From positions 64,001-128,000 of the IMG/VR virus record IMGVR_UViG_3300015360_000024: a stretch of DNA of 64,000 bases; one strand, 5' to 3'. Positions 35,843 through 45,074 of this stretch are shown one piece after another (within the stretch, counting starts at the first letter, position 1; every line of letters begins with the position of its first letter). The notes under the pieces were generated by a model. That model did no database searches, was not told where the DNA came from, and saw only the letters and a list, made by a program, of their open reading frames with translations. This DNA comes from a virus. The position numbers and the translations under genes were made by a program.

Positions 35843-37434
35843 TGAGCAAATCAAAACTACTCGTCGATACGCTGACCTTCAGGGCCACAACCCTGGAGGA
35901 GAGCAAGTCGGGTCCAGGCAAGTTCATTGCCAGGGGTGAGTTCGCTCGTTCGGATCGCGCCACCGAGAACAAGCGTCTCTACCCGGCCACGCTCTGGGAG
36001 CGTGAGATCGGTCGCCTCGCGAAGGCGATGAAGGAAATGAAGGTCTACGGCGAGCTGGACCATCCAATGGATGGACGCACCCAGCTCAAGCGCGTCAGCC
36101 ACATCATTTCCGACCTGCACATGGAAGGCGATGTCGTTGTCGGCACCGCTCACATCCTCGATACCGACGAGGGCCGCAACCTCAAGGCAATCATCGAGGC
36201 CGGTGGTGCAGTTGGTGTTTCGTCTCGTGGGTTCGGCACCACGAAGCCAAATCTCAAGGGCGAAGAAGTCGTTCAGGCGGACTACCGCTTGATGACGTTC
36301 GACTTCGTTGCTGAGCCCGCACAGCAGAGCGCGTACCCAGAAATCAACGTCGAGAGCGCTCCGGCGCCTCGCGCAGTGGAGGCAGCTTCTATGGATGAGA
36401 ACATGACCTGGGAAGAGTTCAAGGCGGCTCATCCGCAGCTTGCCGAGCACTTCACTGACGATGCTGAGCGCGAGTACGAGAAGCGTGCCGCCGAGATCTG
36501 GGCCAAGAAGATCCTTGGCGCCAAGCAGGAGGCGGCTACCAATCTTCGTGGCGAATTCGCCGAGAAGCTTGCGACTGCCGTTGCTGACGCCAAGAAGGAG
36601 ATGGAGAAGGCCGTCACTGAGCGCCTCACCAACGATCCTGCCGTTGCCGGCGCGAAGAAGACGCTTGCCGAGCTGAAGGATCTACTCCGTCCGTGGATCA
36701 TCCCAGCTGACGTTGAGTCGGTCGTCAAGGCGAAGGAAGAGGAAGTTGCGCAGCTGGAGTCCCAGCTGGCCGCCAAGGATCTGGAGATCGCGAATCTCAA
36801 GACCGAAGCCCTCAAGCTCGCCGCCATCGCCAAGGAAGCCGGCTACAGGTATCACCTGGAGCAGCGCCTCAACGACATTGGCCACGCGGACGAGATCCGC
36901 GCCATGGTCGGCGACGTCAAGCAGTTCAAGACCCTCAAGGAGTTGGACAAGCAGATCGTCGTGATCGCTGAGTCCATCATTGCCAGGGATTCCGAGGTCG
37001 CCAAGCGCGACACGGAGATGACTTCCCTCAAGGAAGAGGTTGCTCGCCAGAAGGAAATCGCCGAGAAGGCGCTGGAAGCGACCAAGCACCTCGCAGCCCA
37101 GGTCTACCTGGAGCAGCGCCTCGCAAATCACCCGAACCAGGAGTACGCACGTACCCTGACGGAGGCATCGCGCCCGTCGACCAAGGAAGAGGTCGACTCG
37201 CTGATGACTAAGACCCTGCCGAGGGCTTCGGTAAACGAAGACATCGAGGCCGCTCGCGCGCGAGTTCGTCAGTTGACGAACAGCAACACACGCGAGTATC
37301 TGCAGGAGCAGGAAGAGGGATCCCAGAGAGGCGCCAATAATGGTGCCGCTCGCGATTACAACGGGCTCGGAGCGAATCTCGATGAGATCCGTGCCCTATC
37401 GGGGCTGCCGGACAAGGGCACTCAGAGCAACTAG
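35842..37434 (+). CDS. prohead core protease (T4 gp21-like) fused to a coiled-coil scaffold
   Basis: ENKRLYP, YGELDHP, GVSSRGFG, TFDFVAEPA; long helical C-terminus. Confidence 0.92.
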   Translation: MSKSKLLVDTLTFRATTLEESKSGPGKFIARGEFARSDRATENKRLYPATLWEREIGRLAKAMKEMKVYGELDHPMDGRTQLKRVSHIISDLHMEGDVVVGTAHILDTDEGRNLKAIIEAGGAVGVSSRGFGTTKPNLKGEEVVQADYRLMTFDFVAEPAQQSAYPEINVESAPAPRAVEAASMDENMTWEEFKAAHPQLAEHFTDDAEREYEKRAAEIWAKKILGAKQEAATNLRGEFAEKLATAVADAKKEMEKAVTERLTNDPAVAGAKKTLAELKDLLRPWIIPADVESVVKAKEEEVAQLESQLAAKDLEIANLKTEALKLAAIAKEAGYRYHLEQRLNDIGHADEIRAMVGDVKQFKTLKELDKQIVVIAESIIARDSEVAKRDTEMTSLKEEVARQKEIAEKALEATKHLAAQVYLEQRLANHPNQEYARTLTEASRPSTKEEVDSLMTKTLPRASVNEDIEAARARVRQLTNSNTREYLQEQEEGSQRGANNGAARDYNGLGANLDEIRALSGLPDKGTQSN

Positions 37435-37449
37435 AGCACGGAGGATTTT

Positions 37450-38931
37450 ATGGAAGCGAGACAGCTAATGTTGACTGAGAACCGGCGGTCGATTGCCGAC
37501 AAGGGGTTCATTCAGTCCCTCATTGGAAAATGGGGAGAACTTCTTGAGGGGATCGACAACCCCTACACCCGTGGTGTCACGGCGATGCTCATGGAAAATG
37601 AGTCGCAGTGGCTCCAGAACATGGAGGAGGAGACCAAGACGCTCAACGTCGGCTCCTTCACCAAGTTCATCTTTCCGGTTCTCCGGAGGGTGTTCCCGAA
37701 CCTGATCGCCAACGAGATCGTCTCGGTTCAGCCGATGACGGCCCCGATCGGCGCGGTGTTCTTCTTCGACTACAAGTACGGGTCGAACAAGGGCTCCACC
37801 CAGGCTGGCGCGGTGTTCCCGCGCGACTTCGATCGCGACTACTCCTCGGAGTTCGTGCGCGACGAGCAGCTGGCCCTCGGCGACGGCGCTGCCTACGGTG
37901 GTGCTGGCGCGGCTCTCGCGGCCGTTCTCTCGTGGACTCCGGTCCGCCCGCTGAACGCGTCGCTGGGCTTCTCGGTTCAGATCCTGGAACTCAACCCGAC
38001 CACGGGTGCGATCGTCCAGACTGGTACCGACAACGGCTCCGGTGGCTTCACCGGCGCCGTCACGGCCGGCGCGGTCAACTACGGCTCGGGTGCGGTCACG
38101 GCGTTCAAGTTCACGACGGCCCCCGTCCTGAACAACAAGATCGTCGCCCGTTACTTCTACGACGGCGAGCTGAACACCAAGATCCCGCAGGTCAACCTCG
38201 ACATCACCAAGCAGCCCATCGAAGCGATCCCGCGTCGCCTCAAGGCTCTTTGGTCGTCGGAAGCGGCCGAGGATCTGCGCGCGTTCCACGGTCTCGACGC
38301 AGAGACCGAGCTGGTCTCGGGTATCGCTCAGGAGATCGCTCTTGAGATCGACCGCGAGATCATCAACGACCTGTACGTGACGTCGGCCTCGGGCCGCACG
38401 GACACCTTCTCGCTCACGCCGCCCGCCGGCATCAGCGAGCTGGATCACCTCCGGTCGATGATCACCACGATCAGCAAGATCTCGAACTTCATCCACAAGG
38501 ACACCCTTCGCGCCCCCGCGAACTTCCTTGTGACGTCGCCCGAGGTCTCGGCTCGTCTGGCGCAGCTCACCACCCATGGCGACTTCCGTCCGCTCTGGGT
38601 CTCCGGTGGCGCGAGCCCGTACGGCCCGGCTGACATGCCGCGTCCTCTGACGCAGCACGGCCAGTTCGGTATCTACAAGGTCGGCACCCTCATGAACAAG
38701 TGGGTGGTCTACGAGGATCCGTTCTTCGAGTCGGACAAGATGCTTGTCGGTCTCAAGGGCGCGAGCTTCCTGGATGCCGGCTACGTGTGGGCGCCGTACA
38801 TCCCGCTGCAGGTCACGCCGACGTTCCTCGATCCGGCGGACTTCTCCTACCGTAAGGGTCTCCGTACCCGATACGGCAAGAAGGTTCTCCGTAGCGAGTA
38901 CTACGGCCGGATCACCTTCACGGGTCTCTAA
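37450..38931 (+). CDS. major capsid protein (T4 gp23-like)
   Basis: FPVLRRVFPNLIANEIVSVQPMTAP, RRLKALWSSEAAEDLRAFHGLDAETEL, YIPLQ...TRYG; extreme codon bias. Confidence 0.95.
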   Translation: MEARQLMLTENRRSIADKGFIQSLIGKWGELLEGIDNPYTRGVTAMLMENESQWLQNMEEETKTLNVGSFTKFIFPVLRRVFPNLIANEIVSVQPMTAPIGAVFFFDYKYGSNKGSTQAGAVFPRDFDRDYSSEFVRDEQLALGDGAAYGGAGAALAAVLSWTPVRPLNASLGFSVQILELNPTTGAIVQTGTDNGSGGFTGAVTAGAVNYGSGAVTAFKFTTAPVLNNKIVARYFYDGELNTKIPQVNLDITKQPIEAIPRRLKALWSSEAAEDLRAFHGLDAETELVSGIAQEIALEIDREIINDLYVTSASGRTDTFSLTPPAGISELDHLRSMITTISKISNFIHKDTLRAPANFLVTSPEVSARLAQLTTHGDFRPLWVSGGASPYGPADMPRPLTQHGQFGIYKVGTLMNKWVVYEDPFFESDKMLVGLKGASFLDAGYVWAPYIPLQVTPTFLDPADFSYRKGLRTRYGKKVLRSEYYGRITFTGL

Positions 38932-38970
38932 GCAACAGCCCCAGTGATTGGGGCGCTGAGAGTTACACTG

Positions 38971-39003
38971 AGCCCAGGCTAACACCTGGGCTTTTTGTTT
39001 TTG
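38971..39003 (+). terminator. intrinsic terminator after the capsid gene
   Basis: AGCCCAGG-ctaaca-CCTGGGCT followed by a T-rich tract. Confidence 0.85.
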
Positions 39004-39094
39004 TTATCATAGGTATGCCGCTTCTATTCTTTGGTTTTATACAATGGATAATGGCAGTAGCCTAGTGATGTTGATGCGTTACCCAAAGGAGACG

Positions 39095-39370
39095 ATGATG
39101 CCAGCCTTACCGGATGCTCTCGCGGAGAGAAGAATGTTTGGGCTCGATGTTACGGATTCAGATCCTCCGGGAAGGCACTCAAGGCCGCGCAACGGCATCA
39201 ACAGCGAACACGATGATATCGCTCATGACAGACAGGCGATAAACGAGATCGGTCTAATGGCCGACCGGATGAGTTCTCTGCTACAAGAGACTCGCAACAA
39301 TACCGTGGAGGCCGACGAACGCCTTCGCCGAGTTGAGGAAGACCTCAAGTTGATCGCCCTGGAGAAATGA
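39095..39370 (+). CDS. hypothetical protein with a C-terminal coiled coil
   Basis: SD AAGGAG before ATG 39095. Confidence 0.6.
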   Translation: MMPALPDALAERRMFGLDVTDSDPPGRHSRPRNGINSEHDDIAHDRQAINEIGLMADRMSSLLQETRNNTVEADERLRRVEEDLKLIALEK

Positions 39371-39371
39371 A

Positions 39372-39719
39372 ATGGCCAAGTATCAGAAGGTGAAGAATTG
39401 CGGTCCGGTTCCATACCCAGACCGTTCTGGCAAGTTCCTCTTGGACGGCGAGACCGCAGAGGGCGACGACTGGGAGCCGCTGGTGGCTCTTGGCTTCATC
39501 GTGAAGGTTGAGGAGGCTGCTGCTCCGGCGAAGGCAGATCCACCGAAGATCGAGGAGCCGAAGGCTGCTATCCTCCCAGAGGAAACTGCCAAGGGAGCAA
39601 GCGATGGCGAGATGCAGCGCAATGACGGAGGCGGAGTTGAAGAAGTGGATCCTCCGCCGGCTGGGTCAGCCAGTGACGAGGGTCTGTCTGGACGCGCTGC
39701 AACTAGACGACGCCGTTGA
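39372..39719 (+). CDS. small Pro/Ala/Glu-rich hypothetical (head-associated?) protein
   Basis: SD GGAG; its 3' end overlaps the next gene by 116 nt. Confidence 0.6.
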   Translation: MAKYQKVKNCGPVPYPDRSGKFLLDGETAEGDDWEPLVALGFIVKVEEAAAPAKADPPKIEEPKAAILPEETAKGASDGEMQRNDGGGVEEVDPPPAGSASDEGLSGRAATRRRR

Positions 39720-40341
39720 GGAGGCGATCCGCTGGTTCGCCGCGAAGAAGGGTGTAGATCGCGACATCACCATGGACCTGTACGCAGGTCAGGTTGAGTA
39801 CAAGATGCCTGAGGACTGCGACATGGTTTGCGATGTCGCGTTTCAGGTGAATCCTCTCGATGTCTCGATGATCTTTGCGCCGTACAACATCGCGCAGGAC
39901 GAGAAGGTCCCGTACAGCGTGTTTACGGCCGGATCATCGGGTGGGCTTTACAGCTCGCTTCTGCAGTCCATGCAGTACGTCGAGATGGCCAAGAGGATGA
40001 TCAACGCCGAGAAGAACTGGTTGTACTTCCAGCACAAGAACACCCTTCTTCTGCTTCCAGATCCGAAGGGCGGCGGCAAGGTGTTCGTCGAGTACAAGAG
40101 CTGCTGCGCCAACATCGAACAGCTTCCTGAGAGAGATCAGCTCCTTGTCCGTCGATACGCCCTTGCTTGGGCGAAGCAGGACTTAGGGATCATCTACTCC
40201 AAGTACAGCACGTGGCCTACAGCCCAGGGCAACGTGTCGCTAAACGGCGATACGTTGATGGCGCAGGCAAGGGCTGAAATGGACAAGCTTGAGGATGAGA
40301 TCTACGAGAGCGCCAAGCCGATGGCGTTCTTCACCCAGTAA
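39604..40341 (+). CDS. head-tail adaptor/neck protein (T4 gp13-like)
   Basis: LKKWILRRLGQP...QLDDAVEEAIRWF; RRYALAWAKQDLG...KY...GNVSLNGD. Confidence 0.82.
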   Translation: MARCSAMTEAELKKWILRRLGQPVTRVCLDALQLDDAVEEAIRWFAAKKGVDRDITMDLYAGQVEYKMPEDCDMVCDVAFQVNPLDVSMIFAPYNIAQDEKVPYSVFTAGSSGGLYSSLLQSMQYVEMAKRMINAEKNWLYFQHKNTLLLLPDPKGGGKVFVEYKSCCANIEQLPERDQLLVRRYALAWAKQDLGIIYSKYSTWPTAQGNVSLNGDTLMAQARAEMDKLEDEIYESAKPMAFFTQ

Positions 40342-40377
40342 CCGCAAGCCTGTGATATCTATCCCTAGCGATTATCC

Positions 40378-40881
40378 ATGGGTAAGGTTCTCGACGATAG
40401 CGAGCTTGAACTCTTCGACTGCATCAATCAGGACCTGATTGAGCTGACTGGCGAAGAGATCAATTACTACGCCCACGATGCGTCGAGCATCCCAAACCGC
40501 TCGAAGATAGATCCGCTTTACGGCGAGCCAACCGAACGCGTGATTAACGGTCCGAACCGAATCATGGCGGTGCTTAAGTATCCCGAATACGAGTTCCTTA
40601 CGGAAGAGACCGGATACAGCCGTGAGTGGGATGCCAAGGTAATTATCAGTCGAGCGCATCTCGACGAGAAGAACCTGCCATACCCATCCGAAGGCGACAT
40701 CATCGAGATGTGGCGGACGCCGTATCATGATCGTTGGTCGATGGGAAAAGGCTTGTTCTTTGATGTGACCAAGACAAAGAACGATGGCCACATCAATATG
40801 TCGCCAACGTTTACTCAGTTCGAACTCACCCTTAAGAGGCGCACGCAGTTCGGGGCGGAACGCCGGATCACCCCACCGTAG
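40378..40881 (+). CDS. head closure/neck protein (T4 gp14-like)
   Basis: ELTGEEINYY...IDPLYGE...PSEGDII; follows gp13-like. Confidence 0.75.
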   Translation: MGKVLDDSELELFDCINQDLIELTGEEINYYAHDASSIPNRSKIDPLYGEPTERVINGPNRIMAVLKYPEYEFLTEETGYSREWDAKVIISRAHLDEKNLPYPSEGDIIEMWRTPYHDRWSMGKGLFFDVTKTKNDGHINMSPTFTQFELTLKRRTQFGAERRITPP

Positions 40882-40890
40882 GAGATTCAG

Positions 40891-43206
40891 ATGCCAGGCA
40901 AGCACACCAACAAAGCAAAGCGCTTCAGCAAGCGCGTCAACGAGTCTTCGGCCTGGCTGTTCGCTGGTCCCGGAAACCCCGTGTACATGGGTAACCCAGA
41001 TCCGGTGAGCCAGTTCAACCCAAGCGGCCAGGTGTCGCCAGGTGCGGGCTATATCCCTGACGAGGTCGCCAAGATGCTCGTCAAGGAGAGCGGCCTCAGG
41101 AAGTCCGACACGATCCCCAAGAGGGTCATCGAGAGCTACCTGGAGTCGATGCGGCTATCCAAGGGCCTTGCTGTCGATGTTGCCAGGGTTCTTCGTGACG
41201 TCTACGGCATCACACCGACATTCGACGAATCGTCACTCTACGCCATATCCGGTTCGCTTATTGAGGAGCTGACCGGGGCGATGAACGAGAGCTTCCCGAT
41301 GCCGTTCGCGTTCGATGATGAGCCCAGGATCTTGAACGAGGTCGACCTGGTCGGCTCGTTCATTCAACGCGAGTTCATGGAATCGACGGACGAGAACTAC
41401 GATCTCGTTCTCGGAACCCTGGCGCTGCTCCCTTACCGGGAGTTCTGCGATGTCGTTGACTTCCATGAGTGGGTTGGCGAAGACGCCTTCAACCAGATCG
41501 AAGATCTCGCCATCAATGGTCCAGACGGCATGGCCGAGATGGTGCTCGAAGGCCTCTGCTGGCCGAGTCGCATCAAGCTCATGCCGGAGCATGTCCAGGA
41601 TCTATTCGAGGACGCTGCGGATGACGTCATCAAGGCAGGGACGGCGAAGCTGAAGAGCAGGATGCCGGCGATTCCGCCTGTTCCGAAGGGTGGCCCAGCG
41701 AAGCCTGCTCTTAAGAGCGCTTCCGGTAAGCCAGGGATGAAGATACCAGCGATCAAGGCTAAGCCAACGGTCCCTTCGTTCAAGAAGCAGATGGCCAAAC
41801 ACGGCAAGGATATGGCCAGCGATCCACTTGCTGCCAAGAAGCCTGGCGCTGCCCTCGCGGCACACCGTGAGAAACAGGACAAGGACTGGGATGCCGCGCA
41901 TGCAGCTGCGAAGGCGCGACACGCTGATGAACCCGAGAAGACGGTTCCGAAGGGTAGCCGCCTAAAGAAGGCAGGGACTGCCGCCATCGGCGCGATGAAG
42001 AAGGTCGGCGGCGCCTTCAAGAAGGCCAGCGACTTCCTTCATGCCCCCGGCAAAGCGGTCAGCCACGCAGCGAAGAGCGTCGCTAAGGGCACCGCCAAGG
42101 TTGGCGGTGGACTCGTCACCGGAGCGCTCAAGGCGGTCGGTCACGTTGGCGGTACTCTCGCCAAGGGTGTGGTTGGTGGCTTTACTGGTAAGAGCCACTC
42201 GAATTCTGGTTCGGACCACGACTCCGACGACGGCGACTCGAAACCAGAGAAGAAGAAGGGCCCAGGCGTTCTCGGTCACATCGGCCGGGCTATCGGCAAG
42301 TTTGCTGGTCACGTCAAGAAGGGCTTCAAAGATGCATCTCCTGGCATCGCGCACGTTGCCGGTAGTGGCAAGGAGCCTGAGAAGGCAAAGGAGCCAGAGG
42401 CCGAACCGAAGAAGAAGAAGCGGATGACCACCTCGCAGGTTGGTCAGGAGTCCGTTTATGCGAGCGGATCTCTTATCGGCGAGGTTGAGGCCATGCTTGG
42501 CGGTCAGTCCATCGAGGACGAGACAGAGGAAGAGGAGACAGTTCGTTCACCTGCTGAGGTCGTGGACACGCTGGAAGCTACTTCGGTTGTAGACCAGGCG
42601 GTCTGCGAGGCCCTGTCCGAGATGGACTGGGACGGCGTGGCCAAGATGGCCGGTTTCATGATGCTCGTGCCACAGCGGTTCCTCGGTCTCGTTCAGTCCT
42701 TCAAGGAGGGAACGGACGAGTTCAGGGCTGAGTGGCATGAGCTTGAGGAGAGCGGCTCGAAGCCGAGCTGGATGAACATTGGTTCGTTCGTGACGCTCGC
42801 GAAGCTCTCGCTGGACGAGGGTGTGATCCCGAGGATTGTCTACTTCGCTGGCAAGGCGCTCCAAGCAGCAGACGAGGCCGTGGCCGCACATGTCAACGAG
42901 AGCTATCCGGAGCTTGGTCAGACGGTCTACGGACCGGCAGGAGATCCCAAGGAGGGTCCTCAGCTGGCGAAGTCTTATCTGACCCCTCAGCCGACTGGAA
43001 CGATGACCCCGACCAAGAGTGATTGCACGACGCGGATGTTCTCGGATCCTGCGGACCGCGAGAAGGCACGCAAGGCGAAGCTCTCCGACGTCATGGACGT
43101 TCTCAATGGAATGCGTAGCGCTGCGGCGGCGGCCGGCGTTGCTCCTGAGGGAATGTTCCTGAACCTCTATCGCGACATGCACCGAGAGAAGGTTCGGTAC
43201 AGCTAA
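40891..43206 (+). CDS. large hypothetical protein: acidic domains flanking a K/G/A/H-rich low-complexity core
   Basis: 771 aa with strong codon bias. Confidence 0.8.
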   Translation: MPGKHTNKAKRFSKRVNESSAWLFAGPGNPVYMGNPDPVSQFNPSGQVSPGAGYIPDEVAKMLVKESGLRKSDTIPKRVIESYLESMRLSKGLAVDVARVLRDVYGITPTFDESSLYAISGSLIEELTGAMNESFPMPFAFDDEPRILNEVDLVGSFIQREFMESTDENYDLVLGTLALLPYREFCDVVDFHEWVGEDAFNQIEDLAINGPDGMAEMVLEGLCWPSRIKLMPEHVQDLFEDAADDVIKAGTAKLKSRMPAIPPVPKGGPAKPALKSASGKPGMKIPAIKAKPTVPSFKKQMAKHGKDMASDPLAAKKPGAALAAHREKQDKDWDAAHAAAKARHADEPEKTVPKGSRLKKAGTAAIGAMKKVGGAFKKASDFLHAPGKAVSHAAKSVAKGTAKVGGGLVTGALKAVGHVGGTLAKGVVGGFTGKSHSNSGSDHDSDDGDSKPEKKKGPGVLGHIGRAIGKFAGHVKKGFKDASPGIAHVAGSGKEPEKAKEPEAEPKKKKRMTTSQVGQESVYASGSLIGEVEAMLGGQSIEDETEEEETVRSPAEVVDTLEATSVVDQAVCEALSEMDWDGVAKMAGFMMLVPQRFLGLVQSFKEGTDEFRAEWHELEESGSKPSWMNIGSFVTLAKLSLDEGVIPRIVYFAGKALQAADEAVAAHVNESYPELGQTVYGPAGDPKEGPQLAKSYLTPQPTGTMTPTKSDCTTRMFSDPADREKARKAKLSDVMDVLNGMRSAAAAAGVAPEGMFLNLYRDMHREKVRYS

Positions 43207-43286
43207 TGGTGATGGATCCGGCCAAGATTGCCGTGGCGGTTTCCAGTGGCCTTAGCATCGTCTGCGCGCTCGATTTATGGATCTGA
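43206..43286 (+). pseudogene. orphaned 5' fragment of the gene now starting at 43815
   Basis: MVMDPAKIAVAVSSGLSIVCA-LDLWI*; 15 of 20 aa identical to the 43815 N-terminus. Confidence 0.75.
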
Positions 43287-43290
43287 TACT

Positions 43291-43818
43291 ATGTCCCTTC
43301 AGATGCCATTCAAAAACATCGATGACAAGCGAGCGAATGCTCGTAGGTATTGGGCAGAGAACAAGACTCGTCTGTATGTTGCGCAGAGAGAATACGTAGC
43401 GAAGCGGAATGAGTCAGATCCTGAGTTCAGGAAGCAGACGCTCGATCGTCAGGCGGAATGGGCTCGACGAAATCCAGAAAAGAAAAAGGCCATCCAGGCA
43501 AGGAATGAAGCCAAGAACGGCGAGAGAAACGCAAGAAGCCGTAGAAATGCAAAGCTGAAGCACGATCACGGAATCACCGTGGATGAGTACGAGGCGATTC
43601 TAGAGAATCAGTCTGGTGGATGTGCCATCTGTGGATCTAGGTCAGCCAACAATGGTTCGAGAACCAACCTCTTCGTCGATCACTGCCATGAGACGTCTGC
43701 AGTAAGGGGATTGCTTTGCAATCCGTGCAATCTCGGTCTTGGTAACTTCATGGATAATCCTGAATTACTGATCAAGGCTGCCAACTACGTCGATAAATCA
43801 AGGCGGACGACACCATGA
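43291..43818 (+). mobile_element. Endonuclease VII-like (His-Me finger) homing endonuclease
   Basis: GITVDEYEAILENQSGGCAICG...FVDHCHETSAVRGLLCNPCNLGLG; AT-richer than its neighbours. Confidence 0.85.
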
Positions 43819-44231
43819 TGGATTCAACGAAGATTGCAGCAGCTGTTGCCAGCGGATTGTCGATTGTGTGTGCGACCTGCGAGAAGTACTGGGAAGCAAG
43901 GGACAGGGGAGTCCCTGACGACAGATGTCTCGCGGTAGACGGCTGCGGGTCTCCTATTGCCGGTGACGTGTTCCACGAATATCGCGGGCCGATGACTCAG
44001 TTCGACCAATTCTGCTTTCGTTGTGGAGATCGGGCTACGCATGCGGTGCGCGTGGATAACAGCGTCAGGGTGATCGGCGTCTGTTCGGCTCACGTCGAAA
44101 TGATCAAGACGCTGAAACCTGAAGGCAAACGTGCGCCGAACGTCGTCCTTATCTCCAAGGATGGCGAGAAACAAATCACAGATAAAGACGCCCCGCAGAG
44201 ACGCCAATCTCTCCTCAAGTTGAAGTGGTAA
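43815..44231 (+). CDS. Cys-rich zinc-binding hypothetical protein
   Basis: CATC, CFRC, CSAH motifs; ATGA overlap with the endonuclease. Confidence 0.72.
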   Translation: MMDSTKIAAAVASGLSIVCATCEKYWEARDRGVPDDRCLAVDGCGSPIAGDVFHEYRGPMTQFDQFCFRCGDRATHAVRVDNSVRVIGVCSAHVEMIKTLKPEGKRAPNVVLISKDGEKQITDKDAPQRRQSLLKLKW

Positions 44232-44234
44232 GAG

Positions 44235-45074
44235 ATGGGCCTCAATAAGTTCGTCGATATCCGTCAGACGCCAAAGACATCAGGGAACTGGCGGCTGGCG
44301 ACGGAGGAGCTTGTTGAGCGAGGCGAGGCGATGGCGAGGATGATCTCCTACGCCGTTGCTAAGGAGGCCTTTGACGCTCTACTTGAGGAGATCCCAGCGA
44401 CCAACGACTACGAGGAGCTGAGGCAGTCGCTGAAGCTTGTTGAGGTCGGCGCCGGGAAGAAGGGGAAGGAAGCTGCCTTCGCGATTCACATCCCTTCGAA
44501 GGGTCGCAATATCAAGAAAATCGACGCCTCAAAGACGGTGATTTCGATTATCCCAAAGAAGGGAAATCAGCCGGCCGGCGAGGATGTTTTGATCTTGGAG
44601 CGCAACGGCCCTTGGACAGCGGACACGATTCCGTTTTTGCCGAAGAAGAGCGAAGGGGTCGTTGTTCAACGGAAAACGACGACAAGGGAAACTGAGAAGA
44701 TCTCGAATGAGAAGTGGAAAATACTTGACCGAGTTCTCAGGGAGTTGAAGGAGGCCGGTCGCAGTATCAAGCCGTACAAGCCCGGGACGCCTGGGCGCAT
44801 CAAGAGAAACGCTAAGGCGGTACCAGATCTGGCAATGCAGGCGCTGAACCTGGAATTCGGTAGCGGTGGAGCCAGAGGTAAGCCGGTTTTCAGGAAAGTC
44901 TTCGGGTCCATCAAGCGGACGGTCGCTGGACTTGCGAACAGGTTCGATGAGATCAAGAACGCGATGACCGACCCGAACTCGAAGACGTACAAGAATTGGC
45001 CGAAGAGAATGAGTACGATCTCCTCTGGTCAGGCTTCTAAGTACATGGGATTCCAGAAGAGGCTTGGTCTCTGA
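44235..45074 (+). CDS. hypothetical basic neck/tail-region protein
   Basis: 279 aa in the structural operon. Confidence 0.7.
   Translation: MGLNKFVDIRQTPKTSGNWRLATEELVERGEAMARMISYAVAKEAFDALLEEIPATNDYEELRQSLKLVEVGAGKKGKEAAFAIHIPSKGRNIKKIDASKTVISIIPKKGNQPAGEDVLILERNGPWTADTIPFLPKKSEGVVVQRKTTTRETEKISNEKWKILDRVLRELKEAGRSIKPYKPGTPGRIKRNAKAVPDLAMQALNLEFGSGGARGKPVFRKVFGSIKRTVAGLANRFDEIKNAMTDPNSKTYKNWPKRMSTISSGQASKYMGFQKRLGL

Noticed and set aside
37465-38985. Long antisense ORFs (e.g. 506 aa opposite the capsid gene; also 34470-35228, 11640-12317, 55198-55980)
   Set aside because: Shadow ORFs produced by strong C/G third-position bias in the real + strand genes; no motifs, no SD
43269-43874. Group I intron around the EndoVII-like gene
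   Set aside because: The ORF fills almost the whole interval, leaving no room for P/Q/R/S core elements, and the downstream gene has its own complete start
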